Assembly: GCA_963764165.1 (NCBI GenBank)
Contig: CAVXRD010000002.1
Span: forward strand, 1,696,001-1,760,000
Direction: 5' to 3'
DNA length: 64,000 nucleotides
From: an uncultured Verrucomicrobiae bacterium
GTDB lineage: Bacteria; Verrucomicrobiota; Verrucomicrobiia; Limisphaerales; Palsa-1400
Shown here piece after piece: positions 57,586 through 64,000 of the stretch; position 1 is the first letter of the stretch; every line of letters begins with the position of its first letter. The notes beneath the pieces were generated by a model. That model was not told where the DNA came from. It worked only from the letters and a program-made list of their open reading frames with translations, and made no database searches. A program made the translations under genes and the position numbers.

Positions 57586-58425
57586 TTACGTAGCGGGAAT
57601 GGAACGCTGGAGCAGCAGTGCGGCTGCGAACGCAGCGGGGAAAAACATGAGCCACGGGTCGGTGGTGCTCGCCACCGCCAGCAAATCCACCAGGGCAATT
57701 CCCGCCAGCAATCGCGAAACGGTGCATCCGATGTTCGGTTGGATCTGCGCAATGCTTCGGCTCAATGCCGCCAGCGCCCACGCGCCCAGGAGGATCGAGT
57801 ATAAAGCGGCGGGTTTCCAGGATGGGCCGTCATCGATGACTGCCGCAAAAACAACGGGTGCCGCCAGCAGAAGACTCGGCCAAAAATTAATCCGCACCCG
57901 CGCGCTCTCCTTGCGCGCGAGATAACTGATGCCGACGATATAGGCCGCCAGCGCAATTCCTTTCCAGACGATTTCTCCAGTGATTCCATCGCTCGCTGAA
58001 GCAGCCACGAAATAAACGCACAGCCGGCACGCCCCCATGACAAAGGGCGCAAACGGAACCCATTTGTGAATCGCGTTGTAAAGCAAAATGCATATGCATA
58101 ATGCAACGGCCCACCAGAGCACTTGGCCGCCAATCCACGCCACGACGGCGAGGCCCAAAATGAGCCAAAGGAAACCCCATCGCCACACTTCGGCCTCTTT
58201 GATCGCGCCGGAGGGAATCGGCCGGTCGCGACGGTGATGGCTGTCAAACACGCTGTCAAACGCATCGTTCAAAAACATGCCGCCCACATAGAGAAAGCTG
58301 CATGCCGCCATGACGCCCGCCAGCGCTGCGGGAGATCCGCGGCCGGCCAGGCACCACGCCGCAAGGCAATCCGTCCAGACCGTGGGCAGGTTCGAAACCC
58401 GCCCCAGGATCAGGAGGGTTCGCAT
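57586..58425 (-). CDS. UbiA-family prenyltransferase (EboC-like)
   Basis: RVSNLPT, GMFLNDAFD..D...RRDRPIPSG, MGACR. Confidence 0.85.
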   Translation of the reverse strand: MRTLLILGRVSNLPTVWTDCLAAWCLAGRGSPAALAGVMAACSFLYVGGMFLNDAFDSVFDSHHRRDRPIPSGAIKEAEVWRWGFLWLILGLAVVAWIGGQVLWWAVALCICILLYNAIHKWVPFAPFVMGACRLCVYFVAASASDGITGEIVWKGIALAAYIVGISYLARKESARVRINFWPSLLLAAPVVFAAVIDDGPSWKPAALYSILLGAWALAALSRSIAQIQPNIGCTVSRLLAGIALVDLLAVASTTDPWLMFFPAAFAAALLLQRSIPAT

Positions 58426-58494
58426 TTTGGTTGGGCGGTTTCCGAATTTCAAATCGTCCCGCAGTTTATGCGGCGCGGGACGGCTCGCAAACTT

Positions 58495-59616
58495 TTAACG
58501 CCGCGGCAAAGAGGAACCCGCCGTTTCCGCGGACAATTTCGCCAGCCATCGCGCCGCGCGGGCTTGGGCGTTCTTTTGACTGGTGAGATCCGTCAGCGCG
58601 CGGGCCTTGGTGAACAAACGGCTCTTCTTGACAGACGCATCCATCATTCCAGCGAAGCCCACACACGGGACGCCCTCTTTGCGGCAAAGCCGGGCGATTT
58701 GCCCGACGCCTTTGCCCATGCTTGTTTGCTGATCCATCGCGCCTTCCGCTGTGATGACCAAATCGGCCGCGCGAATGCGTTTCTGCAAGCGCGCATTTTT
58801 TGCGAAGAAATCGAAGCCGGACAAAATTTTGCCTCCGGCAAATGCGGCGATGCCGAATCCCAATCCGCCAGCGGCGCCGGCCCCCGGTTCCTTGGCGTTT
58901 CCGCGGTGAAGCTGCTTCCGCAGCACTTCCGCCAATCGAGCCAGGCACTTGTCCGCAAAATGAAAATCCTCTTGACGCAGGCCTTTTTGCGGGCCGTAGA
59001 TGCGGGAACATCCGTGCTTTCCAAGCAATGGATTGTAAACGTCCACCGCAATGACAATGGACATATCGAGCGGCGAAGGCGGCGGGAGAATCTCCGCAAG
59101 TTCAAAAAGCTGCCACCATTCCGCAAGTTCCGTCCCGCTTTTGCCGGTGAATTTCCAGCCCAGCGCCCGCGCCAGCCCGAAACCGCCGTCGTTGGTGGCG
59201 CTGCCGCCGACGCCGGTGATGCATTTGACAGCTCCCGCCCTGGCGGCGGCGCGGAGAACGTTCCCGAGGCCGAAGGTATCCAATTGAAACGGGTGGCGTT
59301 TTTTTCCGGCCATCATGGCAAGGCCGTTGACCCGGGCGGATTCGACGATGGCCACGCGAGTATTCGCGTTCCACCACCAGACACATGGAATCGGTTCATG
59401 CGCCGCGTTTACGGTGGTGATGCGGCGCGGCTGGGCTCCCATCAATCCGGCAAGAACACCGCCAAAACCGTCGCCGCCATCGCTCATGGGAAGAATGTCC
59501 AGATCGTCGCCGGGCCGCGATTTTCGCCAGCCGGACGCAATGGCTTCCGCCACCTCGGGAGCGGTGAGGCTCCCTTTGAATTTGTCCGGCACTATGAGAA
59601 CGCGAGCCGGCTGCAT
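58495..59616 (-). CDS. Glycerate kinase
   Basis: PDKFKGSL, SDGGDG, GGSATNDGG, YGPQKG, GAAGGLG, QTSMGK. Confidence 0.93.
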   Translation of the reverse strand: MQPARVLIVPDKFKGSLTAPEVAEAIASGWRKSRPGDDLDILPMSDGGDGFGGVLAGLMGAQPRRITTVNAAHEPIPCVWWWNANTRVAIVESARVNGLAMMAGKKRHPFQLDTFGLGNVLRAAARAGAVKCITGVGGSATNDGGFGLARALGWKFTGKSGTELAEWWQLFELAEILPPPSPLDMSIVIAVDVYNPLLGKHGCSRIYGPQKGLRQEDFHFADKCLARLAEVLRKQLHRGNAKEPGAGAAGGLGFGIAAFAGGKILSGFDFFAKNARLQKRIRAADLVITAEGAMDQQTSMGKGVGQIARLCRKEGVPCVGFAGMMDASVKKSRLFTKARALTDLTSQKNAQARAARWLAKLSAETAGSSLPRR

Positions 59617-59619
59617 CGA

Positions 59620-60690
59620 TCAGATTTTGACTTTGAATTCCTCGCCCTTCTTGAGCGAGCGCGCGAAGGCCGCCATCAAGACGGGAATCTGCGCGAGGTC
59701 TTTGAGATTCACCACTTCCACCGGAGAATGCATGTAGCGATTCGGAAGGCTGATCAGCGCGCTGGGGATGCCGCCGCGCGTCCAGAAAATGACATCCGTA
59801 TCCGTGCCGGTGTTGTTCGAAGTTGCTTCGTGCTGGAGCTTGATTTTTTGCGTTTTCGCAACAGCTTCCAGCCGCCCCACCACCTCGGGATGATTGCAGC
59901 CGCCGTGGGTCAGGCTCGGGCCTTTGCCGAGGCGGATATCCCCATGCTGGGTTTGACTCACAGTCGGATAATCAGTGGCATGCGTGACGTCCACCACGAG
60001 GGCAACGTCTGGCTTGAGAGTGTAGGCAATCTGCCGCGCCCCCAGCAACCCGACCTCCTCCATGATGTTCGACACCGCCAGAATTTCCGCGTTCAGCTTC
60101 TTGCGGTCCTCGCTCAATTGCCGCAGCGCCTCGGCCACCGCAAACGTGCCGACGCGATTGTCGAACGCCCTCGCCACGGCCAAATCGCCGCGCAGCAGAT
60201 CAAAAGAATTGCTCAAGGTGATGGGGTCGCCCACGCGAACGAGCTTCTCCGCCTCCTTGCGGCTGTCGACGCCGATGTCGATGAACAAGTCCTCCATCTT
60301 CGGCACTTTGCGCTCGCCCTCACTCTTGGTCAGGTGCGGGGCGACGTTGCCGACGACGCCCTTCACGGGGCCTTCCTTGGTGTGAACAATGACGCGCTGG
60401 GCTTTGGTGATGGCGGGGTCGACACCTCCCATTTTGCGAACGTAAATGTAGCCCTGCTTGTTAATATAATTGACGACCATCGAAATTTCGTCGGCGTGGG
60501 CGGCCAGCATGACGCGCGGGGAACCGCCTTTGTTCAACACGGCGACCGTGTTTCCGTAGGCATCGCTGAAAGTCTCATCCGCGAAGGGGCTGACGAAATC
60601 AAGCCAGACCCGCTGGCCTCGTGCTTCGTGGCCGGAAGGGCTTGGGGTGTTCACCAGTTTCTCCAGAAATTGGATCGATTCGTCGCGCAT
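59620..60690 (-). CDS. M42 family aminopeptidase
   Basis: SPSGHE, AHADE, AFDNR, MEEVG, GTD, RYMHSP. Confidence 0.93.
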   Translation of the reverse strand: MRDESIQFLEKLVNTPSPSGHEARGQRVWLDFVSPFADETFSDAYGNTVAVLNKGGSPRVMLAAHADEISMVVNYINKQGYIYVRKMGGVDPAITKAQRVIVHTKEGPVKGVVGNVAPHLTKSEGERKVPKMEDLFIDIGVDSRKEAEKLVRVGDPITLSNSFDLLRGDLAVARAFDNRVGTFAVAEALRQLSEDRKKLNAEILAVSNIMEEVGLLGARQIAYTLKPDVALVVDVTHATDYPTVSQTQHGDIRLGKGPSLTHGGCNHPEVVGRLEAVAKTQKIKLQHEATSNNTGTDTDVIFWTRGGIPSALISLPNRYMHSPVEVVNLKDLAQIPVLMAAFARSLKKGEEFKVKI

Positions 60691-60743
60691 GCTTCGAAAT
60701 TAACGACACGCCCCTCGCTTGTCGATACTTCTGGAGTGGCCCA

Positions 60744-60846
60744 AAGGCAGGGACGCCTCGCCGAGGCGTCCGGGGGCTCTCACAAGTCCGAACGCGTTCG
60801 AAAAACGCCACAGCCTCGGACGCCCCCGGCGAGGCGTCCCTGCCTT
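60744..60846. repeat. REP family A doublet
   Basis: aaggcagggacgcctcgccgaggcgtcc ... ggacgcccccggcgaggcgtccctgcctt. Confidence 0.88.
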
Positions 60847-60849
60847 GCT

Positions 60850-61062
60850 TCAGCAGCGGCAGCGTCTCCAACCGAGCAACCTCGCTGGCAGAAATAGAAT
60901 GGCGGAGATGAGCGCAAACATGGCGCGAATTGTCACAAAGAGAAGCCCGAACGGGAGCGAGACTAACAAGACGAACGGAGCCGCGATGAGCGCCGCAATC
61001 GCCAGCGGCCACGCCAGGACCAGAAGAACGCACCAAAGAAAAAATAATATGAGCACTTTCAT
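60850..61062 (-). CDS. Small hydrophobic membrane protein
   Basis: 70 aa, almost entirely hydrophobic; ggaaagg upstream. Confidence 0.7.
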   Translation of the reverse strand: MKVLILFFLWCVLLVLAWPLAIAALIAAPFVLLVSLPFGLLFVTIRAMFALISAILFLPARLLGWRRCRC

Positions 61063-61151
61063 ATTGCCTTTCCGACAACGCCGCCATCGGCTCCTTCAAT
61101 AAACCATCGGGGCTCATTGATGTCAATTACAGCCATAACAATCGCGTGTGC

Positions 61152-62615
61152 TTACGCGGGTTTTGCTGCCAGGGACCGCTCGCGCAGGAATGCGCTCAAG
61201 CTAAGGAGTGGACCGGTCATGCCGGTGGTCACCAGCGCCATAATAATGAGCATCGTAAAGATGCGCGCGGAGAGAATCCCAAGGTCGTAGCCGATGTTCA
61301 ACGCAATCAACTCCACCAATCCGCGCGTGTTCATCAAGGCGCCAAGCGCGAAGGAATCGATCCAGCTTACTCCCGTCATTTGCGCCGTCAGCATCGAGCC
61401 GCCCAATTTCCCGACCGTCGCGATGGCGATTAAAATGGCGCACAAAGCCCATCCGCCCGAATCGCTGACCAACCCGATTTGCGTCCTCAATCCTGTGAAT
61501 GCGAAAAACAGCGGCAGCAAAAATACCGAGCTGAAATTCTCCAGCCGCAGTTTGAGGAAGTCGCGCAATTCGCCTTGCGTGGGCATCATCGTGCCCGCCA
61601 AAAACGCGCCGAATAGCGCGTGAATCCCCATCACATCCGTCGCCAGCGCGGAGGCGAACACGAAAACAACGACGCCCGCCGTCACGCCTTTCCCCGGAGC
61701 GGAGCCGCCACGCGTGGCCGAACCAAGAATTCGCGGCAACAGCGGTTTGATCCAAAACAACATTACCAGGACGAAGGCCACCACCAATCCGATATTGAAA
61801 GCTGCGGATGCGATGTTGGCGGCTTTCGCGATGGCAACCACCAGCGCAAGAATGACCCAGGCCATCACGTCGTTGGTGGCCGCGCAAATCAGGGCCGTGC
61901 TGCCGAGGGGCGTCTTGGTCAGGCCGCGTTCCTCGAGAATGCGCGCCAGCACAGGAAAAGCCGTGATGCTCATTGAAATTCCCACAAACAGCGCGAACGC
62001 GGCGAACGTCGTGTGCGGCCCCGCCAGTGACGTGTAGAGAAAAAACGCGCTCACGACTCCCAGCGCGTAGGGAAACAAGATGCTCATCTGGCTGATCAGC
62101 ACCGCCCGCCCAGCCTGCTGTTTCAATTCAGCGACGTCCAGCTCCATTCCGACCACGAACATGAAAAGGCATACGCCGATTTGGCTCAGCAGCCGCAGCG
62201 GCCCGAGGGAAGGCGCGGAGAAAATGAGATTGAACAAGCTCGGCGACAGCCAGCCAAGCAGGGACGGCCCCAGCAAAATTCCCGCAATCATTTCGCCAAC
62301 GACGCTGGGCTGACCCGCCTTCGCCGCCAGCCAGCCGCAGGCTCGCGCCGCCATGACGATCAATATCAATTGAAGAAACAGGCGGGTGAGAGGATCTTTG
62401 AAATTCTCGCGCAGATTCGCCAGCAGGGACGTTGACTGCGTTGAAGCTGCCGCCGCCGCGCTATTGGAGCCGGCCGGCGAGACATTGGCAGCGCTCGCGG
62501 GCGCAGGCAGTTTGCGCCCCGCCTCCAGAGTGAGGGCGATGCAAAGGCCAAACAGAACCAGCCCAAGAAAACAAAGTGCCAGGCGCTTCATCCAAACGCT
62601 GCAAGTAGGCCACAT
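61152..62615 (-). CDS. Cation:proton antiporter (CPA2/Kef type)
   Basis: QPSVVGEMIAGILLGPS, SITAFPVLARIL, LPLFF..TGL, LMNTRGL.EL; start at 62615 or 62591. Confidence 0.9.
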   Translation of the reverse strand: MWPTCSVWMKRLALCFLGLVLFGLCIALTLEAGRKLPAPASAANVSPAGSNSAAAAASTQSTSLLANLRENFKDPLTRLFLQLILIVMAARACGWLAAKAGQPSVVGEMIAGILLGPSLLGWLSPSLFNLIFSAPSLGPLRLLSQIGVCLFMFVVGMELDVAELKQQAGRAVLISQMSILFPYALGVVSAFFLYTSLAGPHTTFAAFALFVGISMSITAFPVLARILEERGLTKTPLGSTALICAATNDVMAWVILALVVAIAKAANIASAAFNIGLVVAFVLVMLFWIKPLLPRILGSATRGGSAPGKGVTAGVVVFVFASALATDVMGIHALFGAFLAGTMMPTQGELRDFLKLRLENFSSVFLLPLFFAFTGLRTQIGLVSDSGGWALCAILIAIATVGKLGGSMLTAQMTGVSWIDSFALGALMNTRGLVELIALNIGYDLGILSARIFTMLIIMALVTTGMTGPLLSLSAFLRERSLAAKPA

Positions 62616-64000
62616 CAGGGCGCGGTTGTCACGGTTTGAGCCGTCGAAACCGGCTGGCCGTCGGCGGCTCGAAGCGAGCAGCCGTTTTGTGTCAACTGCA
62701 ACGTCAACGCCCCGGTGTCGCGCTCGAAAATGACGGCGGCGCCGCGTCGCCGCAGACGTTCGCGCAATTTCGGGGGGGCGCGCTTGGTGGCGGGAAATGC
62801 CGCATCCGCGATGATGATCATCTTCGGGCGAAGTTGATCGAGCAGCGGTTCGCACAAGGGCTCGTCGCGGGCGGGCAAACCTGCTATTACAATGTCCGCC
62901 CGCGCTTCCGGATGGCGGCGCATCAACGCGTCCTGGCCGTCCCGGCCCAGAGACGGGAGGAGCACAATGGATTGGCCGTTGAGCTCGCGCCTCAGCGCGA
63001 GGGCGTTGTCGTCGGCTTGGGCAAACTTTTCGTTCGCCCCAGGGTGAAGAACCGTCCAGCCGCCGATGATATCGCCGTCCGAAACGCCGCGCCAGCGGTC
63101 AGCCCGGCGCAAATCCGAAATCAGCGATTGATAAGCAGCCGAGCGGTTTGGAACCGCCGACGCAAATATTCCGTCGGCTGCAAAATCATTCAGGATGCGT
63201 TTCGCGCCGCCAAAATATTCCAGTCGCCCGACCGCGAGGCAGACGCCCGTCATGCGATTGACACCATGGGCGCACAGAAACGGTTTGACCAGATTGGCGG
63301 CGGATTCGTCATTGCCGCAGTCAACCAGAAATTTCCGTTCCAGCCCCGGCGGCGAAACCACGATGACCGGCGCGCCGCCAGCGGGAAGAATATCCAGGCG
63401 CGCGATGCGCCAGCTTAGAATCCAATGTGACGCGATGACGATGGCCGCGCTCGTCAGCGCCGCCGCGACCGGCCACTTGAATCGCGAACGAAAAATCAAG
63501 CCACTCACCACCACAAGAAGCAGGAGGTAAAGATAGATGCATGTCGAAGCGGAGGGTGCGGCAACGTTGGCGTGGCCCCCCGGCCAGCGCGAGGCGCATC
63601 CGCTGAACCAGATGATAAACTTCATCAGCAGCCAGGTGGAATTATTGAATAATTCGGCCAGGCTAGGAAACCAGCCGCCCGTCAAGAGACTGCCCGCTCC
63701 GCTCATGACCGCCAGCGCGACCGCAGGCACGACCACGCAATTCGCGGGGATGCTGGCCGGAGTGAACAAATGGAAGTAGTAGGCCGAAAGAGGAATTGAC
63801 CCAATCCATGCCGCAATGGACATCGCAACTGTGTCAATCAAGTAAATGGCGGCCGTGTAAAGCCATTCTGGCCAGCGTTTTTGCAGGGAATCAGGCAGGA
63901 ATGGGTCGCGCGCAAAAATCCATCCGCGCAATGCGGCCCGCACACGCGGCAGCACGAAGCCAATGCAGAGCGCGACGACAAAGGACAATTGAAAGCCGGG
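62615..64000 (-). CDS. comEC: ComEC/Rec2 competence protein, C-terminal part (partial)
   Basis: GFQLSFV, IPLSAYYF...IPAN, then a degenerate metallo-beta-lactamase domain (LVDCG). Confidence 0.8.
   Translation of the reverse strand, partial: PGFQLSFVVALCIGFVLPRVRAALRGWIFARDPFLPDSLQKRWPEWLYTAAIYLIDTVAMSIAAWIGSIPLSAYYFHLFTPASIPANCVVVPAVALAVMSGAGSLLTGGWFPSLAELFNNSTWLLMKFIIWFSGCASRWPGGHANVAAPSASTCIYLYLLLLVVVSGLIFRSRFKWPVAAALTSAAIVIASHWILSWRIARLDILPAGGAPVIVVSPPGLERKFLVDCGNDESAANLVKPFLCAHGVNRMTGVCLAVGRLEYFGGAKRILNDFAADGIFASAVPNRSAAYQSLISDLRRADRWRGVSDGDIIGGWTVLHPGANEKFAQADDNALALRRELNGQSIVLLPSLGRDGQDALMRRHPEARADIVIAGLPARDEPLCEPLLDQLRPKMIIIADAAFPATKRAPPKLRERLRRRGAAVIFERDTGALTLQLTQNGCSLRAADGQPVSTAQTVTTAP

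Noticed and set aside
58123..60897. 924-aa plus-strand ORF
   Set aside because: Antisense shadow of the glycerate kinase, M42 peptidase and UbiA genes; no motifs; expected in GC-rich DNA.

Overview
GC-rich bacterial chromosomal segment. The gene content and repeat style suggest Verrucomicrobiota (Pedosphaera-like); this is inference only. It carries housekeeping genes (pta, hisC, argA, mnmA, deoC, xylB, trpD, rnc, glycerate kinase, M42 peptidase, partial comEC), carbohydrate enzymes (sulfatase, GH51, GH2), two small toxin-antitoxin-like clusters (one beside a decayed integrase fragment), and two paralogous ATP-grasp/alpha-E/transglutaminase modules. At least six families of intergenic palindromic (REP/REPIN-like) repeats are present. 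The main result is a complete 1,437-bp IS110-family (IS1111-type) element at 43043-44479, inserted at a CT core inside a REP palindrome. Its ~300-nt 3' non-coding end can be read directly as a bridge/seek RNA: one internal loop carries guides matching both sides of the reconstructed REP target, and a second loop carries guides matching the element's own circle junction. A second point of interest is a GriC/GriD(EhpF/EhpG)-like carboxylate-reductase gene set split about 19 kb apart, possibly by an inversion. No tRNA, rRNA or CRISPR array was recognised.
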